The position numbers and the translations under genes were made by a program. From Lama guanicoe (Eukaryota): DNA of 64,000 nucleotides. The stretch spans positions 8,205,352 to 8,269,351 of the forward strand of contig MU053934.1 of NCBI GenBank assembly GCA_013239625.1, given 5' to 3'. The notes under the pieces are model-generated. The model worked only from the letters and a program-made list of their open reading frames with translations. It was not told where the DNA came from and did no database searches. Below, piece by piece: positions 39,918-51,400 of the stretch. Positions within the stretch are counted from its first letter, which is position 1. The number at the start of each line of letters is the position of its first letter.

Positions 39918-40070
39918 AGAGCAGTGGTCTCAAAACGTGGTCCCTGACCTGCCGCACCCATATCCCCCAGGGACTTGTCACAAATGCAGTTTCTCGGGCC
40001 TCTCAGCAGACCTTCTGAATTAGAAACTTGGGGAGGGGGGCGCAACCTGAGTCTTAACTTGGGGGATGCC
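39918..40070 (+). mobile_element. MER5A-like element inserted next to a MIR fragment
   Basis: 'gcagtggtctcaaaacgtggtccc...acttgtcacaaatgcagtttctcgggcc...agaccttctgaattagaaact'. Confidence 0.65.
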
Positions 40071-41315
40071 AACAGCCTTGGTTTGGGACCCACTGGCCTG
40101 GGGGAAGCATGCACTGGAGGCTGGAGGTGAGGGGCAGAGGTGGGAAGCGAATTCCGGCCACCGTCCGGCCACCTTCCAGCCCCTGTGCAGGTCGAGGGGG
40201 CAGCCTTGCTGTGAGCATTCTCACACTCAGTTCGCAGGAATCTGGCTGTGCCAGCAATCCCAGGGGCTGGGCAGGGAGACTAGCTGGGGCTCTGAGGCCG
40301 GACTGGGAGGCCTGGGCCAGCTGGGCCGTGGAGAGGGAGGGGATGGAGCCGGGGAGGGGGCCTGAGAGCCGGGCTTCGGAGGAGCCACATGTGCAGAGAT
40401 GGAGGTGGGAGGGAGACCCAGCCAGGGAAGCGGATATGGAGAAGCCCCTGGCGGCTCACCCCGGCCAGCCCTGGATGGCCAGAACCACCTGCTTTGGCCA
40501 TTTGGCAAATACAAGGAGGCCATGGCTGCTTCCTGAGGAAGAATGTGCCAGAACGCAAGGAGCCCTGGGCCAGGAGCCAGGACAGCTGGTCTGAATCCTG
40601 GAGCATGCAGGGTCACCCGGCCGTCACAGCCTCTCTGTGCCTCCTTGCCGTCACTGATAGAGACCGGCGGTCCAGCGGCCGGGGGCTCCGAGGAGCATTT
40701 GTAAACAGCAAAGCGTAGGGTCTGCTTGGAACAGGGAAGGTGTAAGTCAATGAGTGGATGATGAAAGGTGGCAACTTTCGGCCTCCAGTCATGGGCACAG
40801 TATGGCTCTCGGGCCATGCCTGGGGCCCGAGGGCAGAGGGACTCTGTTAGGAGGCCAGTAAGTCCTGAGTCACCAGGAAAACCGGCCCAAGTGAAGAGGG
40901 AACACCAAGCGGAGAGTGACTCTCTTGGGTCCTGGGTTTGGGGGTCAGAGAGAGGACCACGTACCACCCCTGTCTGCAGGGCTCGGGCTAGCATGGCCAT
41001 CACTTCACAGACAGGTGACTGTCCACTGACCGTGTGGCCTTGGGCAGGTCGCTTTCCTGGTCTGAGCCTCAGTTTCCTCACTTGTAAATGGGTGTGGAGT
41101 TCTCTCCCAGGGGACAGCGAGGACAGGACAAGCTAATACAAGTGAAAACAGTGCGGAAAGAGTGCTGTGCACCGTGGCCCCAGACCCTTGGCCTTGGCCT
41201 GGCTTTGGCTTGGCTGTCCAGGGCCTCCTTCGGAGCCACACCCCCCAGCAAAGGGTTAAGGGCCCGAAGCTACAGGCCAGTGTCAACAGCTCTGCCAGAG
41301 CGAAAGAACACAAGA

Positions 41316-41378
41316 GGGACAGAGACAGAGAGAGACACAGAGACAAAGGGAGACAGACAGAGGAAGAGACAGAGAGAA
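41316..41378. repeat. GA/GACA-rich low-complexity tract
   Basis: Directly visible (gacagagacagagagagacacagagac...). Confidence 0.8.
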
Positions 41379-42012
41379 AAGGCACCTGGCTCAGACCAGG
41401 GCTCGCGCTGGGCCACCCCTGCTGGCAGGAGGTAGGGTGGACTCCAGTCGGCCAGCTTCAGTTTGGAGCAGCCCAAGAACCTGGTCTATGTTCTTCTCCG
41501 TAAACAGGAGAGTGAGAGCCACCTGCTGGGATGACTGCCAGCCTGGGAGACCAGTCCGGTGCTGGGGTGGGGGATGGGGGCGGCAGCCTCCCGCCACCTG
41601 GGTGAGAATCCAGCCCCAACACTGGCTGTGTTGTCTCAGGCTAGCCAGGTCCCTCTCCAAGTCTCAGTCACCTCATCTGCGGTGACTACAACCTTGCCTG
41701 ACTCTGACCTGCTGGGGTCAGGAGAGAAATCACTGAATTTGGCCATCAGCCACCCTTAACCCTACAGTGTCCTCAAGAATCTTCCAGCTGAGCTCCCGTG
41801 GCAGGCATGTGGGGGCACAGCACACAGTGGCTTCTCACCAAACAGCATCGGACGTTAGCTTCTCACGAGGGGCCCCCAGCAGGGCAGGGGACTCGAGGCA
41901 TCCCCATCAGCACCCAGGAGCCCCGCCGGGCTGGCATGGACCCCAGGAAGGGACCACTGGCCCTGCCCCCCTCACCCCGCCACCTCTCGCCCAAGCGTCA
42001 CGGAGGGTCTAC

Positions 42013-42076
42013 CTGCGGAAATGAGCAGCGAGAGGACGGCGAGCACGTTCAGGGGCTGCTGGCCACAGCTGGTCAT
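42013..42076 (-). CDS. SHISAL1: SHISAL1 first coding exon, CDS part (64 nt): MTSCGQQPLNVLAVLSLLISA+G, most of the signal peptide
   Basis: The ATG is at 42076-42074 (aaacgATGa) and opens a hydrophobic N-terminus matching my recollection of the KIAA1644/SHISAL1 start. The donor GCAG|GTAGAC is at 42012-42011. Phase 1 joins the next exon in frame (G+TC = Val). Confidence 0.95.
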
Positions 42077-42108
42077 CGTTTGGCTCGCATGGATCCGTCG
42101 AGAGCTGC
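42077..42108 (-). other. SHISAL1: 5' UTR part of the first coding exon of SHISAL1 (32 nt)
   Basis: A polypyrimidine tract and acceptor (ctctccttcaacAG|gcagc) with AG at 42110-42109 imply at least one further upstream non-coding exon. Confidence 0.8.
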
Positions 42109-42699
42109 CTGTTGAAGGAGAGCCAGGAGAGGCCGGGTGTGGGCTGTCTCGCCTGCGGTGCAGACACTGGCTCTGCTGCCCACGGTGGGGACGGGCGGGC
42201 GCGGCAGGGAAGTGGGTTTGCTGGGTGCAGGGGGCCGGGCTGTGGATGATGGAAACGCCACCATCCAATTTCCTTTCTGGAACGAATGACCTTCCCCCAC
42301 CAGTCACCGTCACCTCCCTTGCTTTTCACGGCAAAATGAGACTTAATCAAAGGAGGACGGATGGCTCAGGTGGTGGAAATAACCGGTGGGCTGAGGGCGG
42401 CGGAGGCTGGTGAGCAGGCGCCCGAGCGCACAGCAGTGAGAACGGCTGGGGAGCCTGGCGACTGGTGGGGAGCTCGTGCACCTTTGGGGCCTTGCGGGAC
42501 CCAGGGCTCCCTGCTGTGCCACTAACCGTGTCTTTCATTAACCCCCCACAAGCATGCATCGAGCCGGCCCCTTCCAGGCATTAGGGACACAGCAATGAAC
42601 TAAATCAACTGGAAACAGAACTCAATAGAAGCTGTCCCTGCCCCGGCTTACATTCTGGTGGGAAGGGCTGACAGCCCCGAACAGATGAGCAGTTCAAAT

Positions 42700-43135
42700 G
42701 CTACGAGGCCCCTGGGGTTACACCCCAAAGGCTGAAAGCAGAGATTCAAACAGATACTTGTACCCCCCAGAGCAGCACGATTCACAACAGCAAAAGGTGG
42801 CGATGACCCATGTGTCGGCGAGTGGGTGACAAGTAAACACGACTCAGCAGGACGTCCTATAATAGTGGAACATTACTCAGCCTTAAAAAGGAAGGAAGTT
42901 CTGTCACAGGCTGCTGTATAGATGAGCCTTGAGGTTATTACACTCAGTGAAATAAGCCAGACGCAAAAAGACAAGTACTGTTATGACCCCACTCATGTGA
43001 GATCCCAAAGCAGGCAAGTCCACAGAGGCAGGGAGGAGGGCTGGGGGAGGGGAGTGGGGAGTGAGCGTGTCATGGGGACGGGGTTTCCTTTTGGGAAGAT
43101 CACAGAGTTCTGGAGATGGACGGTGGTGACTGGAG
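42700..43135 (+). mobile_element. L1 3'-end fragment (L1MB-like)
   Basis: Motifs 'gtggaacattactcagccttaaaaaggaaggaagttctg', 'gatgagccttgaggttattacactcagtgaaataagccagacgcaaaaagacaagtactg' and 'gagttctggagatggacggtggtga'. Confidence 0.85.
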
Positions 43136-46100
43136 GAAGTGCTGCAGAGTGACGGGGCCGCAAGTGCAAAGGCCCTGAGGTGGGAGCAGTGGGGAGGTCA
43201 GTGGGGGGTAGGGGGAAGGGCAGGTAGCAGCAGGCCACCTAAGGCAGGGCCTTGGCCCTCGGTATCCACCTTACATCGGGTTGCTGAAGCCTCAGGACAA
43301 ACCTGAAGCGACAGGTTACCTCCCTATTACCAGCCCCTCCCCTAAGGGGTTTGGGAATGGAGGCTGGGGAGGAGGCCCAAGTGTCGTCCGTGTGCACGGT
43401 GTGGCCCACTGAGAGCCCTGCCTGGGTTGTAGCTGCATGTGGCTGGGAATTAATTTGCTGAGCGCCTATTATGTGCCAAGCTCTGGGCAAGGCGAGGTGG
43501 TGCACACCACCCCCTTGCCTCACGGAACCCCTGGTCTGGGAGAGCTCTGGGACACCGGCGTGGGTCCAAGGCAGCTCTGAATCCTGCTTGGTGGTGGCAG
43601 GCAGAGGCAACCCAGGGTCAACCCAGAGGCCGGAAGCTTCAGAACAAGGAGACGGTGCCAGATTCATGGCCGAACACAGGATGCTCATGGCCAGGTCCCG
43701 CCCTGCTCTGGGGCCTTGGTCTTCTCACCCACAGCATGGACAGCAGGGAGGCACCGAGGGTGTCAGGTGCTGCTCCTGAGTTTGGTAAGCAAGAATAAGA
43801 AAAGGGGGTGGCCTGGCAGTAAGATGCCTTAATATGGCGATTACTCATGGTGGTGACGTCGGTGTCAGCCCCTGGGGAGGGTGCCCCTCCTTCCTCTGCA
43901 CGAAGGCCTCTCTACCCCTATGGACTGTGAGCTGTTTAATTGCTCAGAGCCTGGTCCTCCTCCCCCCCTCCCTCAGGGCCCTCCTGGGAGGATGAAGGAG
44001 ATTAAAGCATTTGAAAGTGCTTAGGAAAGGATTTCATACTGGAGAAACCTAAGGATCAGCCCTGGAAAACGCACTGGGGTGGTTGGGGGGGGCTGCCTCC
44101 GAGATGCCTCTCCCCCAGCAATGTGGCCCCATCCCACAGATGGGGAAGCAGAGGGCCCCCTGAGGCCTGAGACAGGTCTCCAGACTCTGTGCCCTTCTAG
44201 CCCCTGAAGGCTGGGGCTACCCAATTTTTGAGCCGGGGCTCCAGTCTGAGAGCGGATTCCCTGAACAAATACTGGGGTGGGGGTGGGGGTGGGGGTCCAC
44301 ATCTGTCATGTGCCCTGCCCTCCCTCCTGCTGCTCCTACTTATAAGCCCTGCATGTACTGGGGGAGGCTGTCTAATCACACCTGGGGTGCCCTCCTCTTT
44401 CCTGTGAGTCCAAATCCTACACCACCTTAGAAGCTATGTTAATGCCACCTCCTCCAGGAAGCCTGCCTTGATTCCATCAGCTGGAAGAAATTTGTCACTC
44501 CACTGAGGCTTATCGTATTCCATCTCTTCTCTTATTAACATGTTGATTCATTTATTCATTCATGTATTCTCTTCATAAATATTCATTTGCAAGCCCCTAC
44601 TCTGGGCCAGGGTCTCTGGGCTGGGTTTTAGGGACTCAGAATGTGCTGGGTGAAGGCATCCCCCAGCTTACGCAACGGATCCTCCTGCCCTCCTCTAGGG
44701 ACCGTGAGAGGCCTGGGCCTGGGCCAGCCAGCTGGGGGCACCAGCTTCATGCTTGGACCAACAGCAGCCCCTGGGCCTGTTGTGGATGTGTGGTCCACCA
44801 AGCTCCGGCGTGCCCCTCCTTGGTGACGCACTGCACGTCCGTCCCCTGTCCAACAGGGCGCTCCTCGTGGTCTGCTCAGTCGCCTCCACCCAGCTGGACC
44901 CCCCCATGCCCACCCGTGGCTGCGTCAACAGGTGACAGAAGTCACAGCCCCATTTGTGGGACAGAGGTTGGGGTGGGGGCCTCCGGGTGGGGGTGGGGAC
45001 TGCCCTACCACCCCAGGTCCCCAGAGCAGCTCAGTGCCAGCACTGAAGGCTGAACCCGTGGTGGAGAGAAAACCCCACTGTGCGTCACTGGGCAGTTACA
45101 TAAAAATTCCATTTCAAACGACCTGAGACGGCAAAACTGGAAGCCAGGTTCTCTATTCCTGGCCAGGTCAGAAGGCTGCTTTAGAAACGCCATGGCTGCC
45201 ATTTGTGCTGGGTTTCCATGAGAGGGCCAGCTGCAGGGTCATGCCATCAACAACACTGATATTCACCGCGGCCCCTTTAGGGGGTCTGCAGCGGGGAAAC
45301 TGGGCATGTCACGCTGTCAGGTGCCACCCCCTGGGACCTCCCCACTGGTGACGTTTTGGGAAAGCCTCTCCAGCAGAGGCAGGAGTTGGGGCTGAAAGAG
45401 TGATGCCCCTCCTCGGGCCCCACTGGGCCCAGACCTGCTCTGGGGGCTGTAGCCATGGGGCTGCTGTCCCGGGTCTGGCTTATACCAGCTGAGTTCTTTA
45501 CAAGTCCTGGATGCTGGCTTTTCACCGTGTTATCTCAGATAATCCCCCACGGCCTGATGAGGTAGACATCAAACTCCCATCTGGTAAAGAAGGACACTGA
45601 GGCTCAGAGAGGTGAAGTGACTTGCCTGAGGTCACACAGCCACTCAGTGGCTCAGACAGGAAGCAAGTCCGGCCTCCATATTTGCTTTTCCTCCCGGCAC
45701 TATAGGAGCTTCCAGGGCCTCCCGAACCCTACCTCCCAGAAGCACGTTTACCGCGGACAGATTCGATTTATGGTCCCAGGTTCCATCTCTGAAAATTGGT
45801 AAACTATCCACAATGGTAGCTTGTGACCAACAATAAAACTCAAAGAACAGGTAGAACATTCTGGATGAGCGAGACTCCCCACGCTCTGGCTGCCTCCAGG
45901 ATCACAAGTCAGGCGCTCATCTCCGCGTCCACCCCTCGGGTCGGCTGGAGAGTGCTGTGCCCAGATCCGAGGATTATTTTTAAACACCGAATTTGGCGAG
46001 GCCTGAGAGGAGAGGCAGGAGGGCATGTGAAGAGAAACAGAGCCGAGAAAGATGAATTAAACCCCACCAGCAACAACAGCAGAGCTGCTTTCACGTCAGC

Positions 46101-48278
46101 CGGGCTAGGCAGGGCGGGGGGAGGGAGGCAGGGCTGGCTGGTGGGCCCTCGGTGCTGTGTGAGGGGCTCTGCCACGGACTCTCTGGAGCCCCCATACCTG
46201 GGGGCCACTGGCCCGATGCCAGGAGATCCCACACCCTCTCTCGGTTGCCAGCAGACCCCTTGTCAGCCCACCTGACCTCCCCTGGGTGTGGCCCAGAGCA
46301 TCACCTCTTCCCTGGATAAGGCCAGGGGCCGCACGGCCTGGAGGTTGGGCCTTGGGCTTGGGTCACCCTGCCCGGCCCCGCCTTCTGTAACCACACCCAT
46401 ATGACCTGGGACAAGTCCCCTCAGTCTCCTAGGCCCCCAAAAGGAGATAAAAATAGTATCAAATCCACAGAATCCTTGCGTGGACTGGATGAAGAAAGGC
46501 CTCAGAGCACTTGCGATGGGGCTGGTGCTCCAAAAATGTCTGTGGGGTGTGCTCCTTGCAGCCAGCTGCCTCTGCCCCAGCCTCGCCCACCCACCCACAC
46601 CTCCTGAGGGGTCCGGGCAGCTGCAGGCTCAAGTCCACGCTCACTCCGGAGGCCCCATGTGTTCTGACCCTTGCTGCTGCCTCTCACTCTCTCTGCTCCT
46701 CCAATCCAGCCTCTGGGATCTGCCTCTCCCCTGGGTCTTTGCACACACTGTTCCCCAGGCTGGGGACACCCTTCATCTCTCCTGCAGGCGGGCAGCCTGG
46801 ACCCAGCTTCTGGGGTCAGCTGGGTACCCGACTCTCAGAGTTCTTCTCCCTCTGATGCTCTTGCGCCCCTGGGTGGGCTCCGGAGGCTGGCATGGGCAAG
46901 AGCATGCTGCCTGCTTGGTTTGTGTCTCGACCTGAGACCAAACTGGGGTTAGAGAAAAGCAGGTGGCAGGCGGGGCATTGAGAACCCAGACCACTGCTGC
47001 AGGGGACTGGCCTTTAGACCCTGCCACCTGAGCCTGCATTTCCCGACATCGAGAACAAAGGAGGGCACATGACTAGTTACACACTGGTCACCCAAACACA
47101 TGCCACCTGGCCCCTCCCCTGCTGGGCTGCAGCTCTGCGGTCATCCCCGTGGCGGGGTGAGGGCGGGTCCTGTCCCAGCCTCCTGGTGCCGGTCGCTGGT
47201 GGCAGAGCCCAGGAGTCGGGCCCTCTGCTCAGGCTGGGCCTTCCCTGGACATCTCTCCCCCCGACTCTGGTGTCCTAATCAGAGCCGCCCCAGGCCCGGC
47301 CCCCGTGCCCGCAGGCCCAGGAAGCGGCCTGGGCTGCTGCTCGCCCTCCCCACCCCCACTGCCCGGCGTCATCTTCTGGATGCTCATCAATGCACACCTG
47401 ACAGTCTCTACTGGGGGCCACGCCCAGGGCTGGGGTTCAGCTACAAACAAGATGGACCGGGTCTGGCCACCATGGGACTGTGGCCTGCGGAGAGTCAGGA
47501 AGCAATGGATTCCATGGTGAATCAGAAATCAAGCCTGGACATTCTTCTTACCATTCGTCACAGTGTGAGTGCTGCGAGTTAGTAATTAAACAGGGGCAGA
47601 GCCCTTCGAGGCCTCACAAACTGTCCTGTGGGCAGTAGGTGCCCAAGAGGCGGGGGCTGGAGCTAACGCTGGGGAGAGCAGCTGCCAGCCGGGGGCCGGC
47701 CCTGGGCCGGAGCGTGCTGGGCACTTGGCTCTGACAAGCCGGCTTGCCTACACCCTTAGGCTGTCCCACTGCCCTCCCCCGGGTGGGGACAAGGAGGGAG
47801 GGGCAGGCCAGAGCCAGGATTCAACCCCATGGTCTGCTCCTGTGCCCTGTCTCCAGGCACAGATGAGTGTGTTCACTCGGAAACCAGAGTCCAGGAATAG
47901 CACCTGCGGGCAGCAAGGCCAGAGTGTGTCCTCCTGACCCCCCGGTGCCTGTGGAGGGAGCGGCGGGGCAGCCAGGCCAGGTGGCCGGAGCACACACACG
48001 GAAGGACGGATGGACGCAGGCCAGACGGCGACACGTTCTCCAGCAGCCGGGGCTGCACGGCCAGCAGTCACTTGGCAGTTTCGGATGAGTCCCCCAGAGC
48101 TTGTGTCCTCCAAGGCCTCCCCTGACCCCTGCATGAGGCTGAGGACCCTGCCGTGTGTGCTCACGGCCTGTCCACCTTTCCTCAGAACACAGATGGCTGC
48201 TTATAGTTGCATGCTTGGCACAGGGGCTCCCTCTGAGCAGCGTCCATCGGCTCCCCTAGACTGTAGCCTGGACAAGGA

Positions 48279-48460
48279 CAGGGACCAAAGACCGGCAGCA
48301 TAATTCGCCAGGCCCAGTGCAAATGAAAAATGCAGAGAACCATTTCTGTTCGAAACTCTTCAGCAATTCAGCAACAGCAGAGCATTAAACCGAGCGTGGG
48401 CCCTTCTGAGCCCGGGGCCCTGTGCGACTACTCCGATCACGCGCCGTGAAGCTGGCCCTG
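48279..48460 (+). mobile_element. MER45A-like hAT-Tip100 element
   Basis: It has 'caggg...' and '...gctggccctg' ends, with internal 'ggcccagtgcaaatgaaaaatgc' and 'gcagagcattaaaccgagcgtgggcccttctgagc'. Confidence 0.7.
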
Positions 48461-51400
48461 CTGCCACTGCGTGGTTTGGGCTCAGCACCAGGCAGCATGG
48501 GCCCGGCACGTAGTAGGCACTTTATAAACACTTGTTGGATTGGTTGAATGAATGCAGGCATCGTCATCTCCATTCTTCTGATAAACAAGTTGCAGCTCAG
48601 AAAGCCGACATGATTTACCTGGAACTTGGGGGCTGGCAGGGATGGGATTTGAACTCAAGTCTGTCTGACTCCAAGCAGGGGCTCATGGCGGGTGCCGGTG
48701 TGGGAAACGACAAGGGTTTCTGAGTCGGTCTCCCCTGGCCTGGAATCTGAGTGCTGCCGCTAAGTAGCTGGCTGTTCTAGGCAAGTTATCTCACTGGCCC
48801 CAGTTTCCTCATCTGTAAAATGGAAACCATGCCTGCCCCTGCCCCCTCCTTGCTGGGGTACTGAAGAAAGAAAAGCCCAGAAGGGCTAGCAGGGCACCCA
48901 GCACATCTAGCAAGTGTGCTCTGTAAATGCCTCTTATCTGGTGTTGCCCACTGTTGTTTCCAAAGCCGATGGTTTAGGTACCTGAGATGTTGCTGGGTGC
49001 CCCCGAGCAAAGGAAGGTGTGCCTGAATGCCACGCCTACCGAGCTAGCCCCCTCTCCTGTCTGGCTGGTGCCTCAGTGAGCACTGCTTGCCTGCTGCCCC
49101 GCCTGCTGGTTAATTGCTTCCCTCCCAGGCACCAGCTCCTTGAAGTGGGAGGGGACTTCCATGCCCCTCTATCCCCTGCAGAGGATACTTTGCACACAGT
49201 AGGTGCTGAGTGAATGTTTGCTCCCCAAAGAGCAACACTCACTGTCAACACTCTTTGGCCTAGATGCCAGGTTCACTTTATTGCAAAGAGCAAACTTTCA
49301 GATGGAACAGTGGAGATGCAGGCAGAGGCTCAGCCCAACTTCTACTAAGACAAGGTGTCAGCTTTTACTGCCAACATCAGCAGCAACCTTGGGCATCAGT
49401 CTCACGGTGGCAGCCACTCACCTAAGCCAAGAAACCCCAGCTCCAGAGCTCCAGAGGGCTATGTCACCCAGAGTCCAGGGTAGCCCAGGTGGGACAGCTC
49501 AGAGTCCTGAGTGTACATCCCCTGACACCTACTGTCCCCATATCAGGCAGACATGACACCACCTGCTCCACAGGGCTACTGCAGGATCCACTCTGGAGGG
49601 AAGAGGAGAGTTTGCACACTGCAGCATGGGGTGTCCTTGTCAGCAGGACCGCAGGACATCGTGCAGGTCACCACCAACTCAGAAACCACTCCTGCCCCCC
49701 AAATCCCTCCCACAGGAGAACATTCTAGTTGATCCCCCAAAGAGCTCTCAGTCCTCAGTGACATCCCAACCCCCACCTCCGCCCACCAGGCTCTGGGTTC
49801 AAGCTCTAAACCCAGCTTGTTTCCGCAGTCCCGTCCTGGGCCCCAGCTGGGCCCCCTCTGCCCTCACCCAGGCCTCCGTGAGTGTCACTCTCCTGAGTGC
49901 TTGAAGGGGGCACAGCTGCCCTCCTCGTCTCACAGGTGAGGAAACCGAGGCCCAGGGAGGGGAAAGGTCTGCCTGAGGGCACACAGCTGGGAGAGGCTGG
50001 GCTGCAAAGCCCAAGGCTCGGATGCTCTGCCCCTCTTGGGGCCACACCAGGTCTCAGGGCAAGTGGCTCCCCAGGTTAAGGGGAGGGCGTCACTGAGACC
50101 TCGTGAGGCCCTCTGTTCTATCCGTTCTCCCAAATTATTTGGTTACACCATGGAGATAAAACAACCCTTGGAAATCCCAGGGGCATTTTTTTCCCACTGG
50201 AGAAACATAAAAATATCACATGAAGAATCAATCACTTCAAGTGTCAGGGCTGGGAGAGGAAAGACAGGCACGCAGGCTGTCGAAGGGCAGCCCGGGATTT
50301 CTCTCCCCATTCTCGGAGCCCCGATGCCAGCCTCCCTCCGTGGGGGGGGGGGGGGCTCGGCCCAAGGGACCCTCTTTCTCTGGGAAGAAGAGAAGCCGGA
50401 GCCCAGCCTCAGTTTCCCATCTATAAGTGGGGGTAACGCACCCACCTTGAGGGGTATTGGGAGGGGCCGAGGAGGTGATGGAGGCATTCATTCATTCATT
50501 CCACACCGAGTGTAATGCTGGGTGGCACTGGCTGGGGACTACAGATACTGGTGGTCTGGACAGACCCGTCCCACCCCTGTAAAGTCCACCTAATTCATAC
50601 ATGCGGTGACTCGGGGCGTCTGAGCTCAGAGGAGCACCCTGAGCTGGTCTGGGTTGGGGGTGTCCCGGAGAAACAGGAGATCCGACAGGTCCCCAGCTCA
50701 TCCAGACCAGGTGGGGGGGCCTGGGGAGGGAGCTTGCCAGCAGGGAACTGGCACATGCAAAGGCCAAGAGGTGGGACAGCACTCCGGGATGGGGAGGAGT
50801 CCAGCACAGCAGGAGCGGAAAGAGGAGGGAGCAGGGAGACAAGGCCAGAGTGGCGGGCGAGGCCCGGTGACTGCTCCCGGCACATAGTAGGTGCTGATGG
50901 GCCTCTGCGGGGCCCACCCCCACAGCTCACGAGGACCACCATAAACGGGGTCTCAGCCCTCTCAGGTGAGGAAGGGGCGGGAAGCAGAGCAGAGGACAAG
51001 TGAGGGGGGGACAGGAGAGCCATCTGAACCACCTACTGTGTGCCGGGACTTCTGTGCAGGTAGATCTTATGTCTGAATCTGACGAGTGAGGGGAGGGAGG
51101 GAGGGAGGCACTGGCCCATACTCGCAGGGGCCGGCCATGACCCTGAGGGGGCCCCGGGGTCTGTCTTCCCCGTCCTCTGGCTGGCCACGCTGGACTGGCC
51201 AGCAGGGTGTGCATCTAGGGCAGCTGGGTGGGAAGAGGAGATGGGAACGGGCTCCAGGTCATCAGGGCAGGGCCCCGAGGGCAGCTGAATCTGGGGAAGA
51301 GCTTGAAGGGAGAATGGGAGGAGGGAAAGGGGGCTGGAGTCGGTCCAGGTGGGACCGGCATGCCCCTCCCTCCACTTCCTCTGTTCTCCCTCACTGGTCC

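Noticed and set aside
40227..41081. 284-aa minus-strand ORF in a SHISAL1 intron
   Set aside because: It starts inside a MIR (MRKLRLR...AQGHT) and is low-complexity Pro/Ser/Ala with no homology I can recognise.
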